This document shows, one piece after another, positions 46,001 through 56,220 of a DNA stretch of 64,000 nucleotides. The notes under the pieces were generated by a model. It saw nothing but the letters and a program-made list of their open reading frames with translations. It had not been told where the DNA came from and searched no databases. The DNA lies in IMG/VR virus record IMGVR_UViG_3300042997_001870, one strand, 5' to 3'. The translations under genes and the position numbers were made by a program. Each line of letters starts with the position of its first letter. The stretch's first letter is position 1. This DNA is from an uncultured virus (IMG/VR IMGVR_UViG_3300042997_001870). Lineage: Duplodnaviria > Heunggongvirae > Uroviricota > Caudoviricetes.

Positions 46001-49000
46001 CCACTTGAACCGTTTGAACCGCTTGTGCCTGATGTTCCAGAAGTTCCGCTTGAACCTGACGTTCCAGCTGTACCTGAAGTTCCGCTTGAACCAGTAGGGC
46101 CGAGTGGACCAGTTGCACCGGTTGCACCACTAGTTCCAGAAGTCCCGGAAGTACCAGAAGTTCCAGTTGCTCCATCTACGCCACTTGTGCCTGAAGAACC
46201 GGCTGTACCTGAAGTTCCAGAAGAACCTGATGTCCCGCTTGTTCCGGAAGTTCCACTTGAACCGGAAGTTCCCGAAGTTCCAGAAGTACCAGTTGAACCT
46301 GAAGTTCCAGCAGTTCCGCTTGAACCAGAAGTACCGCTTGTTCCACTTGAACCTGAAGTTCCGGACGTACCAGTAGAACCTGAAGTTCCAGCAGTACCAC
46401 TTGAACCTGAAGTTCCAGTAGAACCGGATGTTCCACTTGTGCCTGAAGAACCGGATGTTCCACTTGTGCCTGATGTACCAGTTGAACCAGAGGTTCCACT
46501 TGTGCCTGATGTACCAGCAGTACCTGACGAACCAGTTGATCCGCTTGTACCTGAAGTTCCAGTAGAACCTGATGTTCCAGAAGAACCACTTGCTCCAGTT
46601 AATCCACTTGTTCCTGAGGTACCACTTGTGCCTGAAGTTCCAGCAGTTCCAGAAGAACCGGCAGTTCCTGAAGTACCTGAGGTACCAGCTGTGCCTGAAG
46701 AACCTGATGTTCCACTTGAACCAGCCGTTCCAGAAGTACCTGACGTACCGCTTGAACCTGAAGTTCCTGAAGTACCTGACGAACCAGCTGTGCCTGAAGA
46801 ACCTGATGTTCCACTTGAACCAGCCGTTCCAGAAGTACCTGAAGTACCAGTTGAACCTGAAGTTCCTGAAGAACCTGAAGTTCCAGAGACACCATCTATT
46901 CCTGAGGTTCCGCTTGATCCTGAAGTACCAGAAGTACCACTTGTGCCTGAAGAACCGGCAGTGCCGGATGTACCTGAGGTTCCGCTTGTTCCAGTCGAAC
47001 CTGATGTTCCGCTTGTTCCGGAAGTACCAGAAGTTCCGCTTGTACCAGAAGTACCTGAAGTTCCGGCTGATCCAGAAGTACCTGATGTTCCGCTTGATCC
47101 TGAAGTACCTGATGTTCCAGTCGAACCTGAAGTACCTGATGTTCCAGAAGTACCTGCGATTGCGCCAACTGACGTCATTACAAATGAATAGTATGAAGCA
47201 CCTTCAGTATACCAAATAGCGGTATGTGAAGTTGAATCGTTATTATTTAAGTAGATCTTAACGATCATTCGGTTAGTAAGACTAATACCGGTAGTTGGAA
47301 GAACTATATCGCAAGTTACCTCAGCTGGTACACTACCGCTTACCCATCCAATTCCAGAAATGCCTGACGTTATTATTGAACCAATTGCGGTTCCAGTTGA
47401 ATCCGCTAATTGAATTGTTACGTACGCTGTAATATCATCATTTGATGCTGGTTTTAAGAAGTGCAAATGGAATCTTTGTGTTCCACCTGGAATTATAGCA
47501 AATCCTAATTCGGGAGTTAAGAAGCTTGAAACTTGAACATCCTGTATGTGGCCAGTTAATATAGTAGATACAGTTTGTTGAGCTGCTCCACTAGGCTCGG
47601 TCATTAATACTTTATATGGAGATACTGCACTTGATTGACTTTGATTAAAATAATAGGTTTGACCTGCTGATATACCAGTTGCACCGGCAGTACCTGAAGT
47701 TCCGCTTGATCCGGCTGTGCCCGAGGTTCCACTTGTTCCAGAAGTACCTGAAGTTCCAGAAGTTCCAGAAGAACCAGCAGTGCCTGAAGTACCGCTTGAA
47801 CCAGCTGTACCTGAAGTTCCACTTGAACCTGAAGTTCCAGAAGAACCTGAAGTGCCTGAAGTGCCTGAAGCTCCATCCATTCCACTTGTTCCAGAAGAAC
47901 CACTAGTACCACTAGAACCGCTTGTTCCGGATGTACCAGCTGTGCCTGAGCTGCCGTTTGATCCAGAAGTTCCACTTGAACCTGAAGTACCGGCTGAACC
48001 TGAAGTACCGCTTGTTCCAGTAGAACCAGAAGTACCAGCCGTTCCAGAAGTACCGGCTGATCCAGAAGTTCCAGCTGTGCCGGCCGTACCAGAGCTACCA
48101 GCTGTGCCTGAAGTACCACTTGTGCCTGAAGTACCTGAGGTACCTGAAGTCCCAGTAGAACCAGAAGTTCCCGAAGAACCTGATGTACCAGATACTCCAT
48201 CTAGTCCCGATGTACCACTAGAACCAGAAGTACCGGAGGTTCCAGATGTTCCACTAGAACCACTTGTACCTGAAGTACCAGCTGTTCCTGATGTTCCACT
48301 TGTGCCTGATGTTCCACTTGTTCCGCTAGACCCGTTTGAGCCGCTTGTTCCTGAAGTACCAGTTGAACCTGAGGTCCCGCTTGTGCCTGAGGTTCCTGAT
48401 GTTCCACTAGAACCTGAAGTTCCAGAAGTACCTGATGTACCGGAAGTTCCACTTGAACCGGCGGTTCCTGAAGTTCCACTAGAACCTGAAGTTCCAGAAG
48501 TACCTGAGCTACCGCTTGAACCATCGACTCCGCTTAGGCCGCTTGTACCTGAAGTTCCTGAAGTACCAGAACTACCAGCTGTGCCAGAAGTACCTGAAGT
48601 ACCTGAGGTACCGCTTGTTCCACTTGTACCGGAAGTTCCAGTTGATCCTGAAGTACCTGATGTACCGCTTGTTCCACTTGAACCTGAAGTTCCACTTGAA
48701 CCTGAAGTTCCAGAAGTTCCACTAGTTCCTGATGTTCCACTTGTTCCTGAGGTCCCGCTTGTTCCTGAGGTTCCACTAGTTCCAGCTGAACCTGAAGTTC
48801 CGCTTGAACCTGAAGTCCCTGAGACTCCATCTATACCTGATGTTCCTGATGTCCCAGCTGTTCCTGAGGTACCACTTGATCCTGAAGTACCGGAAGTACC
48901 TGACGAGCCGTCTGATCCGCTTGTTCCTGAGGTTCCACTTGAACCACTAGTACCTGAAGTTCCAGCAGAACCAGATGTTCCTGAAGTACCAGATGTACCT

Positions 49001-52000
49001 GAAGTACCGGAGGTTCCAGAAGAACCGTCCGACCCGCTTGTTCCTGAAGTTCCTGAAGTTCCAGAAGAACCAGCAGTCCCGCTTGTTCCAGAAGTTCCTG
49101 AAGTACCAGCTGAACCAGATGTTCCACTTGATCCTGAAGTACCCGATGTTCCACTTGAGCCTGATGTACCAGATGTTCCACTTGAACCTGAAGTACCTGA
49201 GGTACCGCTTGTTCCAGAAGTTCCTGAGGTACCAGCTGTTCCACTTGTTCCTGAAGTTCCAGTTGAACCAGAAGTTCCACTAGAACCTGAAGTTCCTGAG
49301 ACTCCATCTATTCCTGAAGTACCTGAAGTACCGGATGTACCACTTGAACCTGAAGTACCAGATGTACCAGCTGTGCCAGAAGTACCTGAAGTTCCACTTG
49401 AACCTGAAGTTCCAGAAGTACCTGAGCTACCGCTTGTTCCTGATGTGCCGGCTGTACCGGATGTTCCAGAGGTTCCACTAGAACCTGAAGTTCCTGAAGT
49501 ACCTGAGCTACCACTTGTTCCTGATGTTCCAGAAGAACCATCTGATCCGCTTGTACCTGATGTACCAGCCGATCCACTAGTTCCGCTTGATCCTGAAGTT
49601 CCAGAGACTCCATCTATACCTGAAGTACCTGATGTACCCGATGTTCCACTTGAGCCGGATGTACCAGCTGTTCCACTTGTTCCAGAAGTACCTGAAGTAC
49701 CTGAAGTTCCGGCTGTTCCGCTTGAGCCAGATGAACCGTCGACTCCACTTAGACCACTTGAACCTGAAGTTCCAGATGTTCCACTTGAGCCGGATGTACC
49801 AGCTGTTCCACTTGTTCCAGAAGTACCAGAAGTACCTGAAGTACCTGAAGTTCCGGCTGTTCCTGAAGTTCCAGTTGAACCGCTTGTTCCGCTTGAACCA
49901 GAAGTACCAGAGACTCCGTCTATACCTGATGTTCCGCTTGTTCCGGAAGTACCAGAAGTTCCGCTTGAACCAGAAGTACCGGCCGTGCCGGATGTACCAG
50001 AAGTGCCGCTTGTACCAGAAGTACCTGAAGTTCCGGCTGATCCAGAAGTACCTGATGTTCCGCTTGATCCTGAAGTACCTGAAGTACCGCTTGATCCGCT
50101 TGTACCAGAAGTACCAGAAGTACCCGATGTTCCACTTGAGCCGGATGTACCGGATGTTCCACTTGTACCAGAAGTACCAGTAGAACCGCTTGTTCCTGAA
50201 GAACCAGAAGTTCCTGAGACTCCATCTATTCCTGAGGTACCTGACGTACCTGAAGTTCCGCTTGTGCCTGAGGTTCCTGATGTTCCACTAGAACCTGAAG
50301 TTCCAGAAGTACCTGCTGTACCGGATGTTCCACTTGTGCCAGAGGTTCCAGTAGAACCGCTTGTTCCTGAAGAACCTGATGTACCAGCGGTGCCGCTTGT
50401 TCCAGAAGTTCCGCTTGTACCGGAAGTTCCGCTTGATCCTGAAGTTCCCGAAGTACCTGAAGTACCAGTTGAACCTGAAGTTCCACTAGAACCTGAAGTT
50501 CCTGAGACTCCGTCTATACCTGATGTACCACTAGTTCCTGAAGTACCTGAAGTACCTGAGGTTCCTGATGTCCCGCTTGTTCCGGAAGTTCCACTTGAAC
50601 CGGAAGTACCAGAAGTACCGGATGTACCTGAAGTTCCAGAAGTTCCAGAAGTTCCGCTTGAACCTGAAGTTCCTGAGACTCCGTCTATACCTGATGTACC
50701 ACTAGTTCCAGCTGTACCAGAAGTACCAGCTGTTCCGCTGGTGCCTGATGTTCCACTTGAACCTGAGGTTCCGGATGTTCCATTTGTACCATTTACTCCA
50801 CTTATTCCTGAACTACCAGAAGTACCTGATGTTCCACTTGATCCTGAAGTACCTGAAGTACCACTAGTTCCTGAAGTACCCGATGTTCCAGAAGTTCCTG
50901 AAGTTCCTGAAGTTCCAGTAGAACCTGAAGTTCCACTTGATCCGGAAGTACCGGAAACTCCGTCTATTCCTGAGGTACCTGAAGTACCTGATGTTCCACT
51001 TGATCCTGAAGTACCTGAAGTACCACTTGTGCCTGAAGTTCCGCTTGTACCGGCTGTGCCTGATGTACCTGAGCTACCATCTGACCCGGAAGTTCCGCTT
51101 GATCCGCTTGTTCCAGAGACTCCATCTATTCCTGAGGTACCTGAAGTACCTGATGTTCCACTTGATCCTGAAGTACCAGAAGTACCGGAAGTTCCGCTTG
51201 TACCGGAAGTACCGGCTGTGCCTGAAGTTCCACTTGAACCAGAAGTTCCAGAGACTCCGTCTATACCTGAGGTACCACTAGTTCCTGAAGTACCTGAAGT
51301 ACCAGATGTTCCACTTGTACCGGCTGTACCTGAAGTTCCGCTTGAACCTGAAGTACCAGACGTACCGGAAGTTCCTGCTGTTCCAGAAGTTCCACTTGAT
51401 CCGCTTGTTCCAGAGACTCCGTCTATTCCTGAAGTACCCGATGTTCCAGAAGTTCCACTTGAACCGGAAGTTCCAGCCGTGCCAGATGTTCCAGCAGTGC
51501 CTGAAGTACCTGCTGTTCCAGACGTTCCGCTTGAACCTGAAGTTCCAGAGACTCCGTCTATTCCTGATGTACCACTAGTTCCACTTGTTCCGCTTGAACC
51601 GGAAGTTCCAGCCGTGCCAGATGTTCCAGCAGTTCCCGAAGTTCCAGCAGTTCCCGACGTTCCGGCTGTTCCAGACGTTCCACTAGAACCTGAAGTTCCA
51701 GAGACTCCGTCTATTCCTGATGTACCACTTGTTCCGCTTGAACCTGAAGTTCCAGCAGTGCCTGAAGTACCGCTTGTGCCGCTTGTACCAGAAGTACCGG
51801 AAGTTCCGGCTGTTCCAGACGTTCCACTAGAACCTGAAGTTCCAGAGACTCCGTCTATTCCTGAGGTTCCGCTTGTTCCAGAAGTACCAGAAGTTCCAGC
51901 AGTACCTGACGTACCAGCTGTTCCAGAAGTTCCAGAGGTTCCGCTTGTTCCTGAAGTTCCACTAGAACCAGAAGTTCCAGAGATGCCGTCTATTCCAGAT

Positions 52001-52155
52001 GTTCCAGCAGTACCTGAAGATCCAGCAGTTGATGGAAGAGGCGTATCATTATAGAATGGGTTTCCTTGTGCATCAAGTACTAAGTATCTAGTAAGTGATA
52101 TATCTTGACCTACATTACTGAGGTCAACTTGTTTTATTTTAATTTTGTGAGACAT
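43057..52155 (-). CDS. Giant collagen-like fibre, (Gly-Thr/Ser-Ser)n and (Gly-Pro-Thr)n, with a C-terminal peptidase S74 intramolecular chaperone
   Basis: About 2650 residues of Gly-[12 protein letters not shown]...[15 protein letters not shown]...LIEAIKEQQ. Confidence 0.9.
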   Translation of the reverse strand: MSHKIKIKQVDLSNVGQDISLTRYLVLDAQGNPFYNDTPLPSTAGSSGTAGTSGIDGISGTSGSSGTSGTSGTSGTSGTAGTSGTAGTSGTSGTSGTSGIDGVSGTSGSSGTSGTAGTSGTSGTSGTSGTSGTAGTSGSSGTSGTSGIDGVSGTSGSSGTSGTAGTSGTAGTSGTAGTSGTAGTSGSSGTSGTSGTSGIDGVSGTSGSSGTSGTAGTSGTAGTSGTAGTSGSSGTSGTSGTSGIDGVSGTSGSSGTSGTAGTSGTSGTSGSSGTSGTAGTSGTSGTSGTSGTSGTSGIDGVSGTSGSSGTSGTAGTSGTSGTSGTSGTSGSSGTSGTSGTSGIDGVSGTSGSSGTSGSDGSSGTSGTAGTSGTSGTSGTSGTSGSSGTSGTSGTSGIDGVSGTSGSSGTSGSTGTSGTSGTSGTSGTSGTSGTSGTSGSSGTSGTSGSSGISGVNGTNGTSGTSGSSGTSGTSGTAGTSGTAGTSGTSGIDGVSGTSGSSGTSGTSGTSGTSGTSGTSGSSGTSGTSGTSGTSGTSGTSGTSGTSGIDGVSGTSGSSGTSGSTGTSGTSGTSGSSGTSGTSGTSGTSGTAGTSGSSGTSGSTGTSGTSGTSGTAGTSGTSGSSGTSGTSGTSGTSGTSGTSGIDGVSGTSGSSGTSGSTGTSGTSGTSGTSGSSGTSGTSGTSGTSGSSGTSGTSGSSGTSGTSGSAGTSGTSGTSGTSGTSGTAGTSGSSGTSGTSGTSGTSGIDGVSGTSGSSGTSGSTGTSGTAGTSGTSGTSGTSGTSGTAGTSGSSGTSGTSGSSGLSGVDGSSGSSGTAGTSGTSGTSGTSGTAGTSGSSGTSGTSGTSGIDGVSGTSGSSGTSGSAGTSGTSGSDGSSGTSGTSGSSGTSGTSGSSGTSGTSGTAGTSGTSGSSGTSGTSGSSGTSGTSGTAGTSGTSGSSGTSGTSGTSGIDGVSGTSGSSGTSGSTGTSGTSGTAGTSGTSGTSGTSGTSGSSGTSGTSGSSGTSGTSGSSGTSGSAGTSGTSGTSGTAGSSGTSGTSGTSGSDGSSGTSGTSGTSGTSGTSGSAGTSGTSGSSGTSGTSGSDGSSGTSGTSGSSGTSGTAGTSGTSGIDGVSGTSGSSGTSGSAGTSGTSGTSGTSGTSGTSGTSGTSGTSGSSGTSGSSGTSGTSGTSGSTGTSGTSGTSGTSGTSGTSGTAGSSGTSGTSGTSGLSGVDGSSGSSGTSGTSGSSGTSGTAGSSGTSGTSGTSGTSGSSGTSGTSGTSGTSGSTGTSGTSGSNGSSGTSGTSGTSGTSGTAGTSGTSGSSGTSGTSGTSGSSGTSGLDGVSGTSGSSGTSGSTGTSGTSGTSGTSGTSGTAGSSGTAGTAGTSGSAGTSGTAGTSGSTGTSGTSGSAGTSGSSGTSGSNGSSGTAGTSGTSGSSGTSGSSGTSGMDGASGTSGTSGSSGTSGSSGTSGTAGSSGTSGTAGSSGTSGTSGTSGTSGTSGTAGSSGTSGTAGATGISAGQTYYFNQSQSSAVSPYKVLMTEPSGAAQQTVSTILTGHIQDVQVSSFLTPELGFAIIPGGTQRFHLHFLKPASNDDITAYVTIQLADSTGTAIGSIITSGISGIGWVSGSVPAEVTCDIVLPTTGISLTNRMIVKIYLNNNDSTSHTAIWYTEGASYYSFVMTSVGAIAGTSGTSGTSGSTGTSGTSGSSGTSGTSGSAGTSGTSGTSGTSGTSGTSGTSGSTGTSGTSGTSGTAGSSGTSGTSGTSGSSGTSGIDGVSGTSGSSGTSGSTGTSGTSGTAGSSGTSGSSGTAGSSGTSGTSGSSGTSGTSGTAGSSGTSGSSGTAGTSGTSGTAGSSGTAGTSGTSGTSGTSGLTGASGSSGTSGSTGTSGTSGSTGSSGTAGTSGTSGTSGSTGTSGTSGTSGSSGTSGTSGSTGTSGSSGTAGTSGSTGTSGTSGSSGTSGTSGSSGTAGTSGSTGTSGTSGTSGSSGTSGTSGTSGSSGTSGTAGSSGTSGVDGATGTSGTSGTSGTSGATGATGPLGPTGSSGTSGTAGTSGSSGTSGTSGTSGSNGSSGTSGTSGSTGTSGTSGTSGTSGTSGSTGTSGTSGTSGIDGVSGTSGSSGTSGSTGTSGSSGTAGSSGTSGTSGTSGSNGSSGTSGTSGTSGTSGTSGITGPTGATGPLGPTGSSGTSGTSGTAGTSGSSGGTGASGTSGTSGTSGTSGTSGTSGVTGPLGPTGPTGATGPLGPTGSSGTSGTSGTSGITGPTGATGPLGPTGSSGTSGTAGTSGSTGTSGSSGTSGMDGASGTSGTSGSSGTSGTSGTSGVTGPLGPTGPTGATGPLGPTGSSGTSGITGPTGPVGATGPIGPTGLTGPTGLTGPTGLTGPTGATGSSGTSGTAGTSGTSGLTGASGSSGTSGSSGTAGTSGITGPTGPTGATGPLGPTGPTGLTGPLGPTGSSGTSGITGPTGPTGPTGLTGPLGPTGSSGTSGITGPTGPLGPTGPLGPTGPTGATGPTGATGPAGSSGTSGTSGSAGTSGIDGVSGTSGTSGSNGSSGTSGITGPTGPTGATGPLGPTGSSGTSGITGPLGPTGPLGPTGPTGATGPLGPTGSSGTSGITGPTGPVGATGPIGPTGLTGPTGLTGPTGPLGPTGSSGTSGSSGLSGATGSSGTSGITGPLGPTGPTGLTGPTGATGPLGPTGPTGLTGPTGLTGPLGPTGSSGTSGITGPTGPLGPTGPTGLTGPLGPTGSSGTSGITGPTGPAGGTGPIGPAGPAGGTGPTGLTGPAGATGPLGPVGPAGPTGPTGSSGTSGVSGLSGTAGTSGTSGITGPIGPAGPAGGTGPTGLTGPTGLTGPIGPAGTPGTPGGTGPAGTPGGAGPAGPAGPAGPAGPVGPIGPPGTGIVNTGTIGRASYYSGTTTLSDTNMHYDAANGRWSLANGISPSYKFEVNGDIYATANIIAFSDQSVKSNVQVIINPLAKVLNMRGVTYNRNDHEDQVRVHVGVIAQEMEKVLPEVVFEDLDGKKAVAYQNIVAVLIEAIKEQQLQINELRATVEKLK
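43530..52030 (-). repeat. 9-nt-period coding repeat (Gly-X-Y), interrupted at about 47158-47676
   Basis: Degenerate GGN ACN TCN/AGY repeats with varied synonymous codons. Confidence 0.95.
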
Positions 52156-52214
52156 TCAGCGGGACTTGCATTTTTCTACTAGAGTTATTTATCAGCAAGG
52201 ACCGATATAAGTAG

Positions 52215-53171
52215 CTATACTCGTTTACTCTTAGCATATAAAATTGCATCTACGTATTTGGCAGACGCGGTGTCTGGTTTAATGTATGACAGATCTGCAT
52301 CGAACGGACTCGTTGATCTAAAATCAGCTTTGTAAAAAAGCTCTTTTCTATTCGCGTCTGTAACTCCAGCATTGTGCATTATTTTGCACTTTTCATAAGC
52401 ATCGGTATTGGAAGTTCCCCAACTAAAATCTAATTCTGGAGTAGTTATAGTTTGTGCTCCCATTTTCCATGCACCCCATAGAACAGCCCACATATCTGCA
52501 CACCATTTTTGAATTGGATTAAATGAATTAGCCTCTTCTGGACTTAATTTTGCACGATCTTGAGTTTCTCGATCTGCCATGTACTTATATAGAGTAAGTG
52601 AATCTTCTGCAACTTCTTTCCAAAAATTAGCAGTGACTCCTTTCATTAAGTATTGAGCTCCACCTGAGCCTTCTTGGTTCTGTTCAACCACTTCAGGCGA
52701 GATCTTTGCAAGACTGCATAGATCAATGAATAGGTCATTTGATTTGCTCTTGATGTACTCTGATCCAATATATGAAACAGTATCACTTAGATACCAATAC
52801 AAGTCTCCGTGCATTTGATCAAAGTCTGGAATTTCTCTAAAGATGATATCTGAATCATGATAGAAGATAGACTCTCCTCTAAGTTCAGGGAATCTTAGGA
52901 AGTGCTGCTCTAAAATATCGGGCCTAAGGATTGGAATATAGCCGTGATTTTGCGTGATTCTCTTTTTATAGAAAAAGAAGCGTACCATTGGATACTTACG
53001 TGCAAGAGCTAAACCTTCGGCTGACGGTTCGGAATCATACGCAAATAGTAATTCTATCCAATTTGGATTGATACCAAGCTTCATAAAATTATGAATTAAT
53101 ACTTCCACTTGCCAATGAAAGTATTGGTGGTCCGGCTGAGCGGACATGAAAATTGTCTTCTTATTTAACAT
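52215..53171 (-). CDS. Putative protein O-glycosyltransferase, HPAT / peptidyl-serine galactosyltransferase-like (GT-A)
   Basis: YFHWQ, YHDSDIIF (DxD), GGAQY, WCADMWA, IMHNAG. Confidence 0.6.
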   Translation of the reverse strand: MLNKKTIFMSAQPDHQYFHWQVEVLIHNFMKLGINPNWIELLFAYDSEPSAEGLALARKYPMVRFFFYKKRITQNHGYIPILRPDILEQHFLRFPELRGESIFYHDSDIIFREIPDFDQMHGDLYWYLSDTVSYIGSEYIKSKSNDLFIDLCSLAKISPEVVEQNQEGSGGAQYLMKGVTANFWKEVAEDSLTLYKYMADRETQDRAKLSPEEANSFNPIQKWCADMWAVLWGAWKMGAQTITTPELDFSWGTSNTDAYEKCKIMHNAGVTDANRKELFYKADFRSTSPFDADLSYIKPDTASAKYVDAILYAKSKRV

Positions 53172-53201
53172 ACTAAATTATACTAAGAAAAAGACCTGAG
53201 T

Positions 53202-56165
53202 TTAGCCGCTATTAGCTGAGAAGCAAGACTCACAAGTCGTGTAAGCTCCAAGTATTGGAGGAAGCCAGTTTATTATAGTACCAGTTTGTGGACCTTGCAC
53301 TGTGTAACAACCTGCTGGATAATCGCCATCTATTGCGCTAAAGTAATATATGCGACCAATTACTGGATGATGTCCTGAAGTTGCAAAATCAACTGACAGT
53401 GTTATTGCTGGGTTTGCACAATTTACTATATCAACTTGATCTTCTATTTCGCCTGCGGTGGTTGTTGTTGTAGTTGTGTCCCCTATTGGCGCCTCAGTTG
53501 TAGTAGTCGTAGTAGGTTCCTCAGTTGTAGTAGTCGTAGTAGGTTCCTCAGTAGTAGTTGTCGTACTCGTTGGAGCTACTGTCGTAGTTGTACTAGTTGG
53601 AGCTACTGTAGTTGTCGTAGTTGTACTAGTTGGAGCTACTGTCGTAGTTGTACTAGTTGGAGCTACTGTTGTTGTCGTACTCGTTGGAGCAATCGTAGTA
53701 GTCGTGCTAGTTAGTTCAGGTTCAAGAGTGGTTGTTGTAGTTGGACCTCCCTCCATAACTTCAAATTCATAAGTACATGGGCCTATTTTAATTGACCAAG
53801 TTCCGTAATCTTCTGGAGAAATATGGAAAGGTAAAAGTGTAGTAATTACCGATTCTTCATCTATAATTGGCACATACGTACCTTGTGGTATTATTTCACC
53901 ATGTGCATTAATCACGTCTAGCGCCATTGGATCAATTGTAATTGACGAAATTATAATTGACATAGTGCCTTCATCATCAACTGTATATGCTACATCTAAC
54001 GGTGGACACGTGGTAGTACTAGTTGTAGTGCCAACCGTTGTTGTACTGGTAGTTGGAGCAGAGGTTGTTGTACTAGTGCTGGTCACAGCAGCCGTAGTGG
54101 TCGTCGTTGTGTACACTACTGGTGCCGCAGTTGTACTAGTAGTGGTTGGTGCAGCAGTAGTAGTCGTGGTAGTGATAGATTCGTCACAGCCGATTGCATC
54201 GATTGTTTGAAGATCGTAATTAAAGTTAAAGCAATATGAGCATTCCTCAATCGTTATTGTTACCTTTCCATAAACCAATTCTACGATAGACGGATTAGGT
54301 ATATTGTTAGCTGCAAGCAAATGGCCGTCTTGCTCAATTAAGTAAGACGACTCTGGCCCTTCAAAGCTAAACTCTACAGCATACTCACCAAGTAAGGTTG
54401 GAGTAACTGTGAATCTATCGCATGGCGGTAGTGTTGTGCTCGTAGTAGTCGGGCCAACTGTAGTTGTTGTAGTAGTTGGAGCCAAGGTAGTTGTAGTAGT
54501 TGGAGCCAAGGTAGTTGTAGTAGTTGGAGCAGCAGTTGTACTAGTGGTCGTAGTTGGCGGTAATGTTGTACTAGTAGTGGTTGCTGCAAGCGATACAATA
54601 ACGTTATATTGACAACCTGACGATAATTGGAAAGTATAAGTTCCAAATACTGTGCTTATTCCAGCAGATGCGTATTCAGAAAGGGTTCTATCAAAAATCC
54701 ATGATAGGCTAATTGGAACTCCATGTAAGTCAGTTAGGTCATACGAAGGTCCTCCGACTGGCATAAATGTAACGCTGTGTGGTCCGCTTGGAGTACCGAT
54801 AAACGACACTTGAGTTGCAGCTGGATCGTAATCAACATCATAGAATATTGAACCTGGTGCACAAGTGGTGGTTGTGGTAGTAGGTTGAATTGTGGTAGTT
54901 GTTGTAGGAATAATTGTAGTTGTACTGGTAGTAGTTGTAATTTCCATAAATGGAATTACAAAAAACGGGCTAAACGAAGTAACCTGTGCATAGATTTCAC
55001 GGGTAGCGTAATTTGGTGCATAGGGTCCAGTTAAAACAGTTTCATCAACGTATGTTCCGCTTACCTCATGGAAAATTCTAACTGTATCAAATACAGGTTG
55101 AGTCATTGCTTGAGGTAGGGTAAATCTAATTAGGGCTCCAATGGTTAATGGAGTTGTGATCTCAAATGCCAAATTTGCATTCTGTAAGTAATAGCCGTAT
55201 GGAGTTGCTCCATTTGGTGTACTTGGCGGTGGTGGCACTGCACATACTGTAATTGGTGCAGCTTGAGCAACTACACTGTCTAATATAATTTCAACTCCTA
55301 CTTGGTTATAAGTTGCAGTATCATTACCTGCTGTAATGATTTGAGTATTACATAGTACGCCAGCCGATGAACAATACGGGTCAGCTGATGTGTATATTAA
55401 GGTAACAAAATCTAAATTATCTAAACCGTAATTGGCAATAGAAGTATTCCAATAGAGTTCATCAGTTGAGTCAACGTGCCCATAATTTGATGCAGTAACT
55501 CCTCCATCTTTACTAAAATATGCTGGGGCTAAAATATCTCCATCACCAACAATTACCTGTTGACCATTAATGAATAGTAAGTACTCACTGGTGGTAAGTG
55601 GAGCGGGCATTGGTAAAAGGCCTGGCGAAACAAGTTCACCATCTCCGGTTACTGTGTTTGGTGTAACTGATCGGGTAATAGCTGCTCGGCAATTACCACC
55701 ACTACCGCCGCTTAGCAGAGTCCAACCGGTTGAAACTAGATATCCGTAAAAACCTTCTTGTCTTTGGCCTTGAGCAGTAATATAAACTACTTCTCCTGGA
55801 ACTCCAGTTGGAGGTAGCAGCCCAAATACTTTTAATCTTAATCGTCTACCCTCAACCACATCTTCCATTACCACATTCTTACCGGTAATAGCCCCAGTTG
55901 GGTAAAGTTTAATTACTTCAGGATATGTACCATTCTGTTGCTGAGCTCCGTATACCGTTAATCCTTCTCTAACAATAATAGTATTTGCAGAAATTCCTTC
56001 AATATCAACAGTTACTTGAGAACCTTGATCATAATTGATCGAGGTTAGAAACTCATCGATAGCTGACTTTATTGTGCTAAAGTTGAAGTTTGTTAAATCA
56101 ACGACACTGGTTAAACTTGCGCCGTTTATCGATTTAATGCTTTGAATTTTTAACTGTACTGCCAT
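53202..56165 (-). CDS. Mucin-like poly-Thr virion protein
   Basis: Four Thr-rich tracts (TTTTT, APTSTTTTV) separating small Cys-containing beta domains. Confidence 0.8.
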   Translation of the reverse strand: MAVQLKIQSIKSINGASLTSVVDLTNFNFSTIKSAIDEFLTSINYDQGSQVTVDIEGISANTIIVREGLTVYGAQQQNGTYPEVIKLYPTGAITGKNVVMEDVVEGRRLRLKVFGLLPPTGVPGEVVYITAQGQRQEGFYGYLVSTGWTLLSGGSGGNCRAAITRSVTPNTVTGDGELVSPGLLPMPAPLTTSEYLLFINGQQVIVGDGDILAPAYFSKDGGVTASNYGHVDSTDELYWNTSIANYGLDNLDFVTLIYTSADPYCSSAGVLCNTQIITAGNDTATYNQVGVEIILDSVVAQAAPITVCAVPPPPSTPNGATPYGYYLQNANLAFEITTPLTIGALIRFTLPQAMTQPVFDTVRIFHEVSGTYVDETVLTGPYAPNYATREIYAQVTSFSPFFVIPFMEITTTTSTTTIIPTTTTTIQPTTTTTTCAPGSIFYDVDYDPAATQVSFIGTPSGPHSVTFMPVGGPSYDLTDLHGVPISLSWIFDRTLSEYASAGISTVFGTYTFQLSSGCQYNVIVSLAATTTSTTLPPTTTTSTTAAPTTTTTLAPTTTTTLAPTTTTTTVGPTTTSTTLPPCDRFTVTPTLLGEYAVEFSFEGPESSYLIEQDGHLLAANNIPNPSIVELVYGKVTITIEECSYCFNFNYDLQTIDAIGCDESITTTTTTAAPTTTSTTAAPVVYTTTTTTAAVTSTSTTTSAPTTSTTTVGTTTSTTTCPPLDVAYTVDDEGTMSIIISSITIDPMALDVINAHGEIIPQGTYVPIIDEESVITTLLPFHISPEDYGTWSIKIGPCTYEFEVMEGGPTTTTTLEPELTSTTTTIAPTSTTTTVAPTSTTTTVAPTSTTTTTTVAPTSTTTTVAPTSTTTTTEEPTTTTTTEEPTTTTTTEAPIGDTTTTTTTAGEIEDQVDIVNCANPAITLSVDFATSGHHPVIGRIYYFSAIDGDYPAGCYTVQGPQTGTIINWLPPILGAYTTCESCFSANSG

Positions 56166-56220
56166 TGTATATTTACAGGATTAGGCTTTATACCTATTTA
56201 TTAACCCGAAAGTTTCCTCG

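Noticed and set aside
43530..52030. Possible CRISPR array or satellite DNA
   Set aside because: There is no constant repeat with unique spacers; third codon positions vary synonymously, so this is a coding repeat
45638..52054. Long + strand ORFs (517 and 1445 aa, VPEVP repeats) and many short LQV/KFQ ORFs
   Set aside because: They are antisense or alternative-frame shadows of the Gly-Thr-Ser codon repeat, which lacks stops in those frames by construction
53436..54646. Poly-Val and Cys/Ser-rich short ORFs
   Set aside because: They are shadows of the poly-Thr tracts
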